From assembly GCF_009914755.1 (NCBI RefSeq), contig NC_060940.1: a DNA stretch of 64,000 nucleotides. The stretch is one strand, 5' to 3'. The notes beneath the pieces are model-generated. The model did not search any database and had not been told where the DNA came from. It saw only the letters and a program-made list of their open reading frames with translations. The DNA is from the human T2T-CHM13v2.0 reference genome, Homo sapiens. Below, piece by piece: positions 1 through 19,930 of the stretch. The position numbers and the translations under genes were made by a program. How positions within the stretch are numbered: the first letter of the stretch is position 1; the number at the start of each line of letters is the position of its first letter.

Positions 1-1459
1 GTATCTGGTGCTTTGTCTGTAACAGTGTTAACTTCAATCAGTCAATATTTGCCAAATGCCTGCTGTGGGCGGGGTGCTGGTCTCAACACTGGGGAGATAG
101 CAGTCCGACAATCAGATGAAATTCCCCCTGCCCTCACGGAGCTTAGGTTCTTGTTGGGAGAACACTCTGTGCCTAGATATGATAGTTTTTTGGCATCTGT
201 TTTTTGTCTAGCTTTTCTCCAGCTGTTGTGCAGAGATGGTTAGCTGGCTAGTGATAACCCGTAGTCTACTTTGTCTTAGACCTCGTTGTCCTCACTGTTT
301 CAGACATTGCTGGTAAATGCTCTATGTCATCTTAGTTTTCATATGATCAATAGTCACTAGACATGGGGGAGGGAGCCAGGGCAGGAAATGCCAGGCTGGA
401 GGTTACAGATGCTGCAGGCTCAAGGGGACAAGACGCACAGGGACCCTGGCAGGATGAGCATCTCGTGGTTACAGGGACCGGGGCATGGGCTGATGGGTTC
501 CTCTGGGCTCCCTTGCTTATGTTCCTTCCATTTGCTATGATGTGGGGGTGGTGGTTATGTTGGAAGGGCGCCGGTGCTGGGAGAGGCATGTAAACTGTTA
601 GCAGCCAGAAGAGGTGGGAGGTTTAAGTCATGCTCATTGGAGTGTGATGCTGGAGACGTATTGCTTTCTGTTCCATGGAATGCAACCCTCAGTCAGGACG
701 GCACCCAGCTGTCCCCAGATTTCGCAAAACCAGCCTGGCTTTTGTCTTCTGTTGAGTCAGCCCAGGACACAAGGGGCCAGATGTCCTGAATGTTCCGTCA
801 TGGTCCTGGAAAAAACATGGAACCCCCAACAGTTGGGAAGCTCGCTTGATAGGCCTTCTGACTTTTTGTATAGGAGATCAGAGATGAGTCAAAACAGGAC
901 CTTCCAGGGTATGGCCCGGGCCCTCTCTGTTATCGTGCATACGCAATGCTCTTAGTGGTGGTCGCCTGTCTTCAGCATCCAAAGTATCAGACAGTGTGTG
1001 TAGTTTTCCGACTTGAGTAGTATTTTCTTTTCTTTGTACAGTTGTGCATGTGTGACTTGGAAGGAGCATATTTGACTAGATGACACATGGGCTTCTCTGG
1101 AGTTCCTGCTCTGATCGTAATAGTGTATTATTTTTCTGAGGCTGTGTCTGTATTGTGCTAGAAAGCAAATGAGTTATTATGGATCATTCCAAGTGTATTA
1201 TCCCATGTATCCCTGAGATGCTTTGTATGTGAATGCTTTGTATATGGGTTAAATATAAAATAGCATAAATAAATAACCCTGTAATACTGAGTTTGAATGG
1301 GAAATTTCAGTGTGAAATGATGAGGTATTTTAAAATTGTGTTTGTGTGTCTGTGTGTGTGTATATATATATTCCTATGTGTAGATATCTATAAGGTTTTA
1401 GAATAACACTACTACAACAATATAATTGCCAAGAACATATAAAAATATTGGCTTGTGAG

Positions 1460-1745
1460 GGCCGGGCACAGTTGCTCACACCTGTACTCTTAGCTTTGGG
1501 AGGCTGAGATGGGAGGATCACTTGAGTTCAGGAGTTCGAGATCAGACTGGGCAACGTGGCGAAGCCCCATCTCTATACAAAATAGAAAAAGTTAGCCAGG
1601 TGTGGGGGTGCACACCTGTAGGCCTAGCTACTCGGGAGGCCGAGGCAAGAGGATCGCCTGAGCCCAGGAGTTGGAGGCTGAATGAGCCATGATGGCGCCA
1701 CTGTACTCCAGCTTTGGTGACAGAGTGAGACCCTGTCTCAAAAAC
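1460..1745 (+). mobile_element. AluJ SINE
   Basis: ggccgggcacag...ggaggatcacttgag...ggatcgcctgagcccaggag...gaccctgtctcaaaaa (J-type diagnostics). Confidence 0.9.
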
Positions 1746-1799
1746 AGACAAACTGGCATATGTTTCCCTGTTTTCTTCCATTTTAAGAAAATATTCATT

Positions 1800-3058
<1,259 letters not shown>

Positions 3059-3446
3059 CGTTGCTTCTCTTTATGTGTAGTTAGGAAGTGAAACTTTAGG
3101 AGAGAGGCGTGGTAGAGGGAGCAGAGCTCTCTCTCCTGTGGATTTCGTGTGGTGTTAGGCATACTGCAGCTTGTTTTCTGAGCTTTCCTGGCTCTTATCC
3201 CCCATTTCATCTGGATCTTCTTTTTCCCTCTTCTCTAATGTCTCGCTCCTGCTAAACTGTGATTCTGCTTCTGTAGCTTTTTCCCTCACTGCAGGGCCCA
3301 GTCCTGGAAGGGAGTCCTGACAGTACAGATTTGAGAGTCAGTGGAGGTGGGCCTGGGTTACCGTGGATCTCCTTGCGCTCACCTGCTAGGGGAGAGGAAG
3401 AATCTCCTGGCTTTACTGCACTTCTCAACGTGGCCCACCACGCTTT

Positions 3447-3886
3447 TATGAACCCCGAATATCTGAGACAGGCCTCAGTTAATTTAGAAAGTTTATTTTG
3501 CTAAGGTTGAGGGCGTGCCCATGACACAGCCTCCGGAGGTCCCGAGGACATGTGCCCAAGGTGGTCAGAGCATGGTTGGGTTTTATACGTTCTAGGGAGA
3601 CATGAGGCATCAATCAACATATGCAAGATGAACATTGGTTCGGTCTGGAAGGCGGGACAACTCGAAGCAGGGCTTCCAGGTCCTAGGTAGATTAGAGACA
3701 AATAGTTGCATTCTTTTGAGTTTCTGATTAGCCTCTCCAAAGGAGGCAACCAGATAGGCATTCAGCTCAGTGAGTAGAGGGGTGACTTTGAATAGAATGG
3801 GAGGCAGGTTTGCCCTAAGCAGTTCCCAGCTTGACTTTTCCCTTTAGCTTAGTGATATGGGGGCCCCAAGATTTCTTTTCCTTTCA
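3447..3886 (-). mobile_element. MER4A-type ERV1 solo LTR
   Basis: Reverse complement begins tgaaaggaaaagaaatcttgggg...cactaagctaaagggaaaagtcaagctgggaactgcttagggcaaacc; 4-bp TSD cttt. Confidence 0.85.
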
Positions 3887-3904
3887 CTTTCCTTCCAAGG
3901 AGCA

Positions 3905-3990
3905 CCTGTTGGTGATTTGCGGGGAGGGGGCTGCCGGTGATTTGGGGGCCTGTTGGTGATTTTGGGAGGTCTGTTGGTGATTGAGGGGGG
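3905..3990. repeat. Imperfect G-rich tandem repeat, about 4 x ctgttggtgatt(g)n
   Basis: ctgttggtgattt / ctgccggtgattt / ctgttggtgattt / ctgttggtgatt separated by G runs. Confidence 0.7.
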
Positions 3991-4123
3991 TCCTCCTCAG
4001 GGCTTTTCATCAGATCTGTCGCTTGCCTCTGTGTTCTACGCAGATACCATGTAGGCCTTGTGGCTGTGACTTTATCCTTGCCTGCTTATATTTTGGGGTT
4101 TATGGGGGTACCTTGTCACCTAG

Positions 4124-4459
<336 letters not shown>

Positions 4460-4926
4460 TAGTTTTTTTTTTTTTTTTTTTTTTAATGGGGATTTTGAGA
4501 GATTAAAAAATTATTCTGCTGTCACTGTCGTCTTTCCAGAATCTATTTCTAAACGGGCATTTAAAATAATACTAATCCCCCTTTGATAATAATCCCACTG
4601 GACAAAGCACAAAGGAAGGAAGCTGCCAGCAAGGGTGAAATTAAAGGCGAACAGGCAGCTGGTAATAGGCCAATTGATTACGGTGGATTAGAGCTCATTT
4701 TGCTTCACAAAAGTAATTACTCTGATGGCTGCTAACGCTTGCTCATTCAGAGCAGAGCTTCCCAGCCACTGTGCTGCAGTTGGTTCTTGGGAGGGCTGAG
4801 ATAGTGATTCCTTCAGCACTCAGGGTAGTACTGAGGTGGCAGGAGCTCCGCACCCCTGCCAACCAGTTACCTCTAGCCTGAGTTTCATCTGTTTACCCTC
4901 AATGGGACATAGAAATGTCATCCTGA

Positions 4927-5263
<337 letters not shown>

Positions 5264-5295
5264 TTATTCATCACTCTTTTTTCATGGTTGGGGGT

Positions 5296-5575
<280 letters not shown>

Positions 5576-5599
5576 AAATACTTTGTATTTTTTTTAAAT

Positions 5600-6600
5600 T
5601 TCCTTTTTATTTTGAGAAATTTCAAACCTGCTGAAAAGTCCTAGTACTATAAACTTGGATGTACCTACCGTCCACCTAGATTTACCAACTTTTTTTTTTG
5701 CATATTTCTCAGTGTTTTTCTAAATAAATGAATAAACACAAACATACAGAGATACATACTGTGTATAGATATGTATGTGTGTATGTAAATATACTTTTCC
5801 TAAGCAATGTGAAAGTTGTTTCAGACATTGTGATTCTTTTTCCCTGAACTCTTCTGCACTTCTTTCCGAAGAACAAGGATATTCTCCTACATTACCCCAT
5901 AGGAATGTCAGAGGCATTTGAACCAGAACAACTCCATCTGGAATAGGGGCTGGGTAGAATGAGGCTGAAACTACTAGGCTGCATTCCCAGATGGTTAAGG
6001 CATTCTAAGTCACTGGATGAGATAGGAGGTCGGCACAAGATACAGGTCCCAAAGACCTTGCTGATAGAACAGTTTGCAGTAAAGAAGCCGGCTGAATCCC
6101 ACCAAAACCACGATGACGATGAGAGTGACCTCTAGTCATCCTCACTGCTATGTGACAGTCCACTAGTGCCATGACAGTTTACAAATGCCATGGCAACATC
6201 AAGAAGTTACCCTGTATGGTCTAAAAGGGGGGTATGCACCCTGTGTTTAGCACGTTATCAAAAAATAACCATGACAATGGGCCACCGGCATCCCTCGGGG
6301 CTGCTCTGTTGATGGAGTAGCCATGCTTTTATTCCTTTACTTTCTTAATAAACTTGATTTCACTTTATGGACTCACCCTAATTTCTTTCTTGCGTGAGAT
6401 CCAAGAACCCTCTCTTGGGGTCTGGATCAGAACTCCTTTTCTGTAATAGTATTATGCTGGAGAAAAAGGACAGTAACTCCACAGTATCTAACATACGGTT
6501 CATATTCACGGTTCCCTGATTGTTCCTAAAGTGTCTTTTATAGCCATTTCTTCCCAAGTCAGGATCCAAACAAGGTTTGTATGTTAGCTTCAGCTGGATG
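5600..6600 (-). mobile_element. L1MC-type 3' end fragment interrupted by the MER41 LTR
   Basis: agaacaaggatattctcctacat...catattcac...tcaggatccaaacaagg, typical of antisense L1MC4/5 3' UTR. Confidence 0.6.
5906..6448 (+). mobile_element. MER41A-type ERV1 solo LTR
   Basis: tgtcagaggcatttgaaccaga...gagataggaggtcggcacaagatacaggtc...aataaa...gagatccaagaaccctctcttggggtctggatc. Confidence 0.9.
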
Positions 6601-7444
6601 TCATCAGATGGTCCTTGAGGCTGAGTTGCGTGCCATGCACCGTGCTGAATGTTGGGCTGTAGAAACTAGGCAGGCCCAGAGTTGTTGGTTTTCAGGAGGT
6701 CATGGCTGAGGAACAGCCTTGTTACAAACAAAAGCAATAAAGGTTCAGATCTCCTAGAGCCTCCTGCTGGTAGCCTTATTTCCAAGAGTTCCGATTTACC
6801 TTGTAAATAAATGGCATCCAGTTCCCTCATGGTCTTCAAACTCTCCATGCCTTGTTAGCTTCCTGGAATCCACAGAATCCTTTCACGCTTGGGCACTGAC
6901 CTGTAAAAAGCCATCTTAAAAGGCTTCCAGGTACATTGTCTTGGCTCTCTTGAGTTTTGAACTGGGAGCCTGGAGGCCAGAGAACAGACACTCCCTAGAA
7001 ATGCCTTCTGTAGTTCTCATGTAATTCATCCCCAAGGCATGGGCTGGAATGGAACATAGCAGAAACATGTTTTACTCAAGCGTAGACTAGCAGCAGTGAC
7101 AGACAGCTTGAGGGAGTCTTGTTTTCCTTTTGCTGTATCAACTCTTGCAGTCATTAGCTGTCAAGGGGAAAATCATTGTGTTTCCTCAGAAATGTGGTTT
7201 ATTTGGCTAGATCCTTTGGGACTGGTTTGTGTCAAGGGCAAGGTGTGTGTTTGAGGGGCCAACAGCAGTTCTGCTGTGGATGCTGAACCATCAGCTGTCA
7301 CAAGAAAGGCTGTTTGTATGAACCTGGACTTAGAATCCTGTGGCCACCTTATTTTTATACCATGTTCTTGCTTTGGTTCTGAGATTCCCAGTCCACAGCT
7401 GCCTGTAGAATTTGTAGGATTCCCAGAGTTCGTATGCAGTAGGG

Positions 7445-7700
7445 GGTCTCAAACTGGAATTCCTACAGGGGCCAGGTAGATAACGGAAGTGAATAAATCA
7501 GCCACATGTGAGAGACTAGGGAGTGGGGAGGGATCTTTGGGGGAACTGGAGGGTACTTGGCTGGTCTAAAGGGGCATCAAGTCCTTAGTGCCAGCCCTGG
7601 TTGCTCTGAGGGTGCCCAGGCCCCTTGTGGTCGGACACTTGGCTTTTTCAAGAGAAACCTAGATTTTTAAGGGAAATGTCCTGAATTTTAATTATTTGCA
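7445..7700. mobile_element. MER102/Charlie-like DNA transposon remnant
   Basis: ggctttttcaagagaaacctagatttttaagggaaatgtcctgaattttta resembles the recalled MER102 consensus. Confidence 0.45.
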
Positions 7701-8499
7701 CAGAATTTAAAAGCCACCTTCTTTCCCTCCCTCCTCTCTGTCTTCCTCCTACTCGCCCTGCAAACGTGTGTTTCAGTCAGCCAGGCCAGTGGGGTGTGGT
7801 TCTCCTGTTGGATACGTGGTGATGGTCCCCCTCCTTCAATCACCTTTCTCTCTCCCTCTGTCTCTGCTGCATGGCCCACATCGTTGTATTTTGTTGTTAA
7901 CTTTTTATCCTTACTGCATTCGCAGTCCATGTTTCTGCCTGTAGTCTCAAGAGGCCGAGATTTGTTGAGACGACTGTGACTTGTGCAAGAGCCAGATTGA
8001 GTTTTCAGCTTGGTATTCAGATTCGGGACATCTCACCCTCCAGCTGTTATCAGCAACAACAACTGCAACTGTGCAGCAGTCGCAGTCCCCAGATGCTATG
8101 CCTCTGCATTGTAGGAAAGGGACTCATTTGAGGTCAGATGCTCAGATGCAAGTTGCAAGATAATAGCGATTGTACCTCCTTGTTCCCAAATGTCACTCAA
8201 AGTGTTTCCTAGGTTCTGTCACTGCCTCTGCTGGAATTGTCACAGAGGAGACAGGTGAACTGCACCCCTTAAAACCCCAGTATTTATCAAAGTAATAATA
8301 GTAGGTGGGTCTTGTTATTCCCAGATACTGTTTATTATTTAATATGCTGTTTTTATATTGACCAAACAAATGTTCTTGGCTTTATAGTACCAGTTATGAG
8401 CTATTCAGTTAACCCTTTTAACCCTTACCACGTGGGCCATTACTGTAAATCTATATATATATTTGTTGTTGGGAGCTTTTCAGTTTCTAAAGGAACTTC

Positions 8500-9110
8500 T
8501 TTTTTTAAAAAATCTTTATTTTGAAGTAATCTGAGATTTGCTCAAGAATTGCAGGGACAAAAAAAGAACTCCCATGTGCTCTTCCTGCAGAGCGACTAGT
8601 TAATATTTTGCTCTATTGGAGACAGATTTATCTGTATCTATATCTCTGTGTATCCATACAAACTTTTTTCCTGATCTATTTAAGAATTAGTTGCAAACAT
8701 CATGACCATTTGCCCCTAAATACTCAAGCAGATAATTTTCTAAGAACAAGGATACTTCCTTACACGACCGCAGTGTGATGATAAAATGCAGGAAATGTAA
8801 CACTGGTGCAGTATTATGACGTGATATTTAGGCTATATTCATATTTCACCAATGGGGCCAATTTAACCTTTCATGGCTAATCTCTCTGACTGAGTTGGGA
8901 TCCAGTCCAGGATCAGGCATTGCACTGAAGGGTCCTGTCTCTTTAATCTGGGGAACACCTCCACAGCTTCTTTGTCTTTCATGACCTTGACTTTTTTTTC
9001 TGGGTCCCTCTTCTGGCCAGTTGCTTGATAGAACATCCCTCAATTTGGGTTTGTCAGCTGTTTCCTCATGATTAGGTTCAGGTTATGTGTTTTTGACAGG
9101 AACTCAAGGC
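8500..9110 (-). mobile_element. L1MC4-like 3' end fragment
   Basis: gttgcaaacatcatgacc...cccctaaatact...ctaagaacaaggata...tctttcatgaccttgac...atgattaggttcaggttatg. Confidence 0.7.
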
Positions 9111-9549
9111 TTTTAATCCATCTCCTTTTGGCCTAATAAAGAGACACTATAGCAAGTAGACTTCTGGTCTCACAGATGGCAAAACTCAATGCCAAGAGGT
9201 CAAAGTCAAGAGAGATGTAGCACTCAGTGGCCGGGGCTGACTGTGGCTCACAGCTGTGTTTTGTTTGGCACTTGAGATGTTTGAAAAATGAGTCAATCAC
9301 TGGTTAAAGACCTGATGGGTCCCGGAGGAATCCGGACTTCCACCTGCTCTTGAAGAGTTGGAAGATCTGGCCACACAGGGCCATATTCCTGTCTGCCTGG
9401 TTTTGAGTCCTGGACAATGGGCACACATTCTCTACTTTGCTGTGGCCTCCACCATTCACAAGATGCCCCTGTGCATGTCCCCTGGGCATGCTTCATTCTT
9501 CTGTTACCTGCACTGCCCCTCTATGCCTGGGACTCTGAAAGATATGTTA

Positions 9550-9914
<365 letters not shown>

Positions 9915-10429
9915 CTATTTCATAGTAGTTTCTCTTGCCTGTTCTCCCCCCAACCCCCTTTTTTTGAAGGTGTTTATTTGGGTTGCCAGACTTGTGTTTA
10001 TGTACCTCTTCATGCAGTGGTACTGTTGGCATTCACTCCTCCAAAAGGTGAGTTGTCACATTGGTACATTAGGGTATTCCACACTGGCTTCCATGGAAGC
10101 CCAGTTGAGTCCATGAGAGGCTCCCTCACCTTCCCATTATTTAGGGAAATCCTGCATCCCTCGAGGGACCTGATGCAGCTGAGGGAAATCGGATAATCAT
10201 TTTCTGAAGTGGTGAGGTTGAATCCACCATGCCCTAGGAGTTAGCTAGGGGATGAGCTGGGGAAGAGGACTCAGTCGTTTGATGCCTGACCTTGAAATAT
10301 GTCCAGGTGATAATTTGAGCATTATTCCAAGTGTTTCCCTAGTCCTCACTCCCTAGGAGAAAATAGTCCTCCTTGATTTGGAATATGATGACACTGGAGC
10401 CCTGGTTTGCAATTTATGAGTAATAATGA

Positions 10430-10670
10430 TGATGACAATGAATTACTAACCGCTAACATTTATTTAATAATTACCATATGCCAGACACTTTATTTATACA
10501 CACACATACTTATTTTAATTCTGTCTGTAGTTTCTGAAGGTAGATACTTTCATCATCCCATTTTATAAATGCTAAACTGGGGCTCAGAGAGGTTAAGCAA
10601 CTTGCCCAAGGTCATACAGAGGTAGAGCAAGCATTCCCGTCAGGGCTGTCTGACCTGAAAGCAAACACTT
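10430..10670 (-). mobile_element. MIR SINE
   Basis: catccccattttat...aaactggggctcagagaggttaagcaacttgcccaaggtcatacag (MIR core). Confidence 0.8.
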
Positions 10671-11429
10671 TTTAATGGCACAAAGTGCTGAAATGAGCTG
10701 CCTTCTTGGTGCCAGAGGAGTAGCTTATGTAAGTTTTGAGTGAGGGACTGACAAGTATGATTCCGGCTGTTAAGTTTGGAACCCTGTGATTTTCCCATTG
10801 CACCCAGGATATTTTGGGTGTGTGTCATCTGTAATTAATTACCTTCTTGAGTGACGAGTTGTTTGGGCTGTTTCTCTGGCTCTGGATATGCAATACAGGG
10901 GCCAGTGTGCCATTCTGAGTGGGATTTACCAGGTGGCTAATGAGATGGGCTTTATAAAATAAATAGTGCAAGGATGGTTACGGGGGAGAGAGCACTAAAA
11001 ATCAAACAAGCTTTTTACAGCTCCATTTTCCACCCCCTCCAGCTGGCAGAAATGAGATGCCACACAGCTTAATCCAGAGAACAGCCAAGGAGGAATGCAG
11101 ACATCCTGGAATTTGAGTCCCCTGGCAGCAGCCCTTGCCCTGTCTTATTAGAGAAAACTGGAAGGAAAGGAAAAGTTACCCAGACTTCTTGTACGTGGGA
11201 GGTACCACTGTTTTCTGAACAGGGTTATGAGCAATAATCGTTATGATTGTGATATGGCAGGAGGGCACATGGCAGGGAGTGGCTCCCAGGTGCCAGAGTG
11301 GCCCAGAAGTGTCCTGGAGGCTTGCCAAAATACAGATTCCAGGCTTCACCCCAAGAGGGTGATTACAGAGAGGGCCTGGGAATCTGCTTTTTACTTTTTA
11401 ATTTTTCACCCCTGAGTCTGTTAATGTGT

Positions 11430-12320
11430 TTCCTACAAGCAAAACATTCTCCTTTGTAATAACAATATAACAATCAGAATTAGAAAATTAACATTGACAC
11501 ATTTCTGCTGTCTAATCTTCACATTATGCTCAACTTTAACCAGTAGTCCCAGCAATGTCTTTTCTTGCAAAATGGTTGAGTCCGGAATGACACATGGCAT
11601 GTGATTTTCATGTCTGTTCGGGCTAGAACAGTTGTCTCTTTTCTTGACTTTCATGACCTTGACGTTTTTGAAGATGATAGGCCAGTTTATTGTGCAGAAT
11701 GTCCGTGCCTTTGGTTTGCTTGATGTTTCCTTTTGATTAGATTCGGTTTATGCATCTTCGTAGGAATGTTGCAGAGGCGATGCATCTTTTTAGTGCATCC
11801 TGGCAGGTGGTGCATGGCTTCAATTTGTTCCATTCCTGATGTTAACTTTGATCCTCTGATTAAAATGATGTCTGTTATGCTCCTTCACTGTGGAGTTTCC
11901 CCTTTACAATTAATACATATTTTGTAGGGAGGTTTTTGAGCTCGAAATATCCTATTATGCATTAAATTTTCCATTAATTAATTTTGGATTGTTCAGTTTC
12001 TATTTTATTCAGCTTATAATGCATTACTATCACTGTTTTGATGCCCGGATCGTCTCAGAGCGTCCGAGCATCAAAACAGTGATAATAATGGATTATAAGC
12101 TGAATCCGTCCCATCCATCCCATTTATCAGTGGGAACTTTTATGAGCTGGCTGCTGTGTCCTTTTAAAGTGGGCCTGTAAGTTCACATTGATGTCTTTAA
12201 TCCCAGTCCAACATCACCATTGACTTCTCACTTTCTTGACGTATTTGTTATTCTCTTCTCCAATAACAAGATACCTGGCTCCAGTTATCAGTAATATATT
12301 CAGTTATTGATCCATCCCCT
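11430..12320 (-). mobile_element. L1MC4-like 3' region
   Basis: acattctcctttgtaataacaata...gaaaattaacattga...ttcatgaccttgacgtttttgaaga...gatgttaactttgatc. Confidence 0.7.
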
Positions 12321-12599
12321 TGTAAGTTAACTAATCTCTGATAGCTTTGGGCTGAATTGCTTGGGAATAGAAAGTCAGGGTTATGGGGAGATTTGCTTTC
12401 TGGAGAAGCTCCTCTGCTCTCTTCATTATAGAGATCCTCCATCCTCTGACCACATCTGGAAGGACCCTGGCCTAGTGCTGGAGGGTAGAGGCTTTGGAGT
12501 TGCCCTGATGTCAGTTCCACTTCCACTCCTGATTGACCTTGGCCGGTCACTGACCACACCGAGACTCCATTTCCTTATGGATGAGGGCAATATTTCATG

Positions 12600-13060
12600 G
12601 TACAGAGAAAAATAAGACATGGCCACTGTCTTCAAGGATCTCATACTCTAGATAGGGGAAGATGAGCACAGGCCAGGGGTATTAAAGTATGAGACTTGTT
12701 AAGAGAGAAGCTTGTCTAGAATACGCTGGGGGCAGAGGAGGGAGCTGTCACAAGCCCCATGTGGTGGAGGCAGGGTTGGCAGGAAGGACTTCAGAGAGAA
12801 GAGGGCCTTTGAGGAGACACTTGCAAAATGTGTAGCTGTTCACCAGGGGCCTGGGGCAGATGGGAGAGTTGCAGACAGAGAATCAGATCAACCTTAGCAA
12901 AGACACATGGGGCAGAAAGAGCTTGGCTGGTATGGGCAACAGGGAAGAGCTGTGATTGGCCAAATCCCAGAGTGGAGGTCTGAGGCTGTATTAGGTGGAT
13001 GTCTCAGCTGCTCTGGGAGCCCTGACAGCTGCAAGAGGAGGGGAGGGGGTCGGGTCTAGC
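12600..13060 (-). mobile_element. L2 LINE fragment
   Basis: agacatggccactgtcttcaaggatctcatactctag...aggaaggacttcagagag; purine-rich L2 antisense signature. Confidence 0.5.
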
Positions 13061-13269
13061 TTAGAGAGCATGGTGTATTGGGTAGCGGGGCAGCAGCCTG
13101 GGTAGAACCCGGGAGGAGCCTTTCCAAGATGACGCTGGGGGAAAGTGCTCTGGAAGGTATCTTTTGCTTTCCCTCTTGCCCTGATGACCTCAGTGCCAGA
13201 GGCGCTGGCTGGCTGGGTTTATTCCTTCAGACCTCTTAGGATTGATTGTTTCACAAAGATGGTGTAGAG

Positions 13270-13592
13270 CAGCGGTCCCCAACTTTTTTGGCACCAGGGA
13301 CTGGTTGCGTGGAAGACAATTTTTCCATGGGGATGGGTTGGTGGAATGGTTTTGGGATAAAACCGTTCCATCTCAGATCCTCAGACATTAGATTTTTATA
13401 GGGAGTGTGCAACCTAGATCTTGCATGCCCAGTTCACAATAGGGTTCGTGCTCCTATGAGAATCTAAGGCTGCTGCTGATCTGACAGGAGAGAGAGTTCA
13501 GGTGGTAATGCTTGCTCACCGCTCACTCACCGCTCCATCACCTCCTGCTGTGCGGCTTGGTTCCTGACAGCCACGGTGATGGATGACCCCTG
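13270..13592. mobile_element. MER1B hAT-Charlie MITE
   Basis: cagcggtccccaacttttttggcaccagggac...gacccctg termini; perfect 8-bp TSD gtgtagag (13262-13269 / 13593-13600). Confidence 0.92.
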
Positions 13593-14787
13593 GTGTAGAG
13601 GACTGGTCCAGTTTTCACTCTGGAGTTGCACTGTCTGCTTGTGAGTCCCAGCTCTGCCACTTGTCAGCTTGTCACTTGCCAGGAACATGACTTACCTCCT
13701 CTGTAGGTATCTCAGCCTGCAGCCGTCTAAAAAGCTTTGCTTACACCTTTCCCCTTCTCTCCTCCCCCACTCAGTGCTGGACAGGTGGTAGCTACTAGCA
13801 TCATTGTCATGGTGACAATTACTCGAGGGTGTGAGGGCAAAAGTGTTCTGTAAAGGGCAGTGTAAGAATGCATGTTGGGCTCAGTGCAGCAACAGGCTAA
13901 AGGAGTTCTGATGCCTTAGAAAAGGTGGCGGGGTTGGAGTTAGGGTCAGAAGAGACTTAACAGGAATATGTACAGTTAGGGAAAAATGGTTTTTCAACAT
14001 TGGTTGTTTTATTTTGCAGTGAACTTGACCTTTGAAGATTTAGGATGTGGCTGCAAACACCACAAAGCCAGGCGATTTATGCCTCCCTTCTTGCCTTTTA
14101 TTGGTGCCTATTCTGGGGGAGTCCTCATGGTCTTGGATAGCCTTGCCACTGGGCCACCTTCTTCTTGTAGTTGGGTGTGGTTATGGTTGATGCCTACTCA
14201 GTACCTGCTGGACGGTAGGCATGAGGTCCCCTCGAGCTGTGCTTTTTTACATCTAGGGAAAGTATAATTCCCATAGGTGTATCTTAGTGTGGTGTTTTGA
14301 TGCCTGAGAATTACCAAATGTACTTACCAGGTTCGTTAGTTTTGTTGTGAGTAATTTTCCTTTGAGTAGTGCTGTCTGGGGTTGCTGGTTGTTTACTCTG
14401 ACATTGGGGCAGGCCTAATTGCTTTGACTTACAAACATTAATTATTGCAGTCGTTGGAAGCTGTTTGAGAGGTACTTGCCACCTACTCAATGATTTGCTT
14501 TCGTTCCCATGCTTTTAAAGAAATCTGCAGGGTAGCCAGCAGGCCTGTTTGGGGCTGGGAGTGGGAAGGAGTTGGCAAGGCTTTCTAGAATTGGACAGGC
14601 GAATATTTGAATACTTGTCTCCATGTGCACGGCTACCTCTTCGGTCCTCTCAGTTCTGGCCACCATCGTTTCTTGCCTGGATGACCGTAATGGCCTCCTA
14701 TCTTCCGGCTTCTTCTGTTTCCACCCCTCATTCCATTTGCTTTTTCCACATAGCAAGTCTGCATTCCCTTGCTTGACACCTTTTTAA

Positions 14788-15406
<619 letters not shown>

Positions 15407-15535
15407 AAACATTTATCATAATGTTTTTGGAGTTTCATCCAAGTTGTTGCATGTATCAATAGTGCATTCCTTTTTATTGATGAGTAAGCATTCCATTACT
15501 TACATTCCACTACAGGAGTTTGTAATTCCATTACA

Positions 15536-15776
<241 letters not shown>

Positions 15777-15779
15777 ATA

Positions 15780-17263
<1,484 letters not shown>

Positions 17264-18263
17264 TGAAAAATTAAAGAAAAATTTCCAATTAATTTTATCA
17301 TATAGAAATGAGCACTGTTAACGTTGTGGTCTATACATTTCCAGTGCAAATATATCCATGTAAATAGATATAAGGGGTTAGAGTAAATACACTCTGTACT
17401 CTGCTGCATTCAGTTAATGGTATATCAGTGTGAGTATATATGTGTGTGTGTGTATATACGTAATATTCATCCCTGGGGATAAACATACATATTTATCATA
17501 GCTTTGACAGTCCTATAGCGTCCTATTATAGGAGGATGCACCATAACTTTCCACCCACTCTTACATTATCAGACAATTAATTTGCAGCCAGCTTCTTTCT
17601 TTTATATTCAAAGCATCCTCATGCATATGGTTTTGAGACTTCTCTTTCTTTTCTAAATACAGTTTCTTAGAAGTAGACTTGCTGGGTCAGAAGGTTACAG
17701 TTCTTGAAGCTGTTGATTCATATTTCCTAAAGCTCACCTGTCACCAACTGCTTACATTTATGAGATGCCTAAGGGGGTTGGCAGCAGAAGCTTGAGCTCC
17801 ATAACTCGAGGAAAGTTCCTTAGCCTCTCTTAGCAAAGCTGGCTGGTCAGGAGGATCCTGTTCACATCTGTGCAGGAGTCTTAACCGCCCAAGAGATTCT
17901 GCAGACCTGTGCTCGTTTTCTCACGCAATTTTTCAAGGCCTTACGTTTTCAATGTTGCCCTGTTCACTTAATTCGCTAAACGTGTATAATGTAATAGGAG
18001 ACTTTGAAGTTAAAGGATATGGGTTTAAATCCCAAGTTGGAGTGTGTGTTAGACTCTCTGGGCCTCAAATTTCTCATCTGTAAAATGGGCACAGTAAAAC
18101 CAACCTCGTGATGTGTTGCTGGTGGTCTAATGAGACATCAAGTGTGTGGCAGAGAGGAGAGGGACATAGGCATGGAGAGGCTGAAGTGAACTGTGGCTCT
18201 GCCTTTGCTGGTTGTGAGTTTTTGGATAGTTCAATTAGCCTCATTGAGCCTCAGTTTCTTTTC

Positions 18264-18537
<274 letters not shown>

Positions 18538-18618
18538 CTTCAGTTTTTTCATGTGTAAAATGAAGGCAGTAAGAAAAATGGCAGCAATAATAACCTGTTT
18601 TGTAGGGTTACTGTGTAG

Positions 18619-19279
<661 letters not shown>

Positions 19280-19548
19280 TAGTGCTGGCCACAGAGTTGG
19301 AGATGAACAGGGAAGCTGAGGATCGGCCCGACGGCTGGCAGCAAATGAGAGGAGACCTGACCGCCAAACACTGACATGACTTCTGTTGGTCATGCGGCCT
19401 CTTGGAAAATGTTTTTCCATGAACTGTTGTTTAGAAATGTCTATAACTGCCTTTCTTTCCCTGATTTTAAGATATGTGACTTGAATTCACATGTGAAGAT
19501 TGGGAGTAGGCTGGGCTGGGCGATGAGGCTCTGGCTAAAGGAATCCTA

Positions 19549-19930
<382 letters not shown>

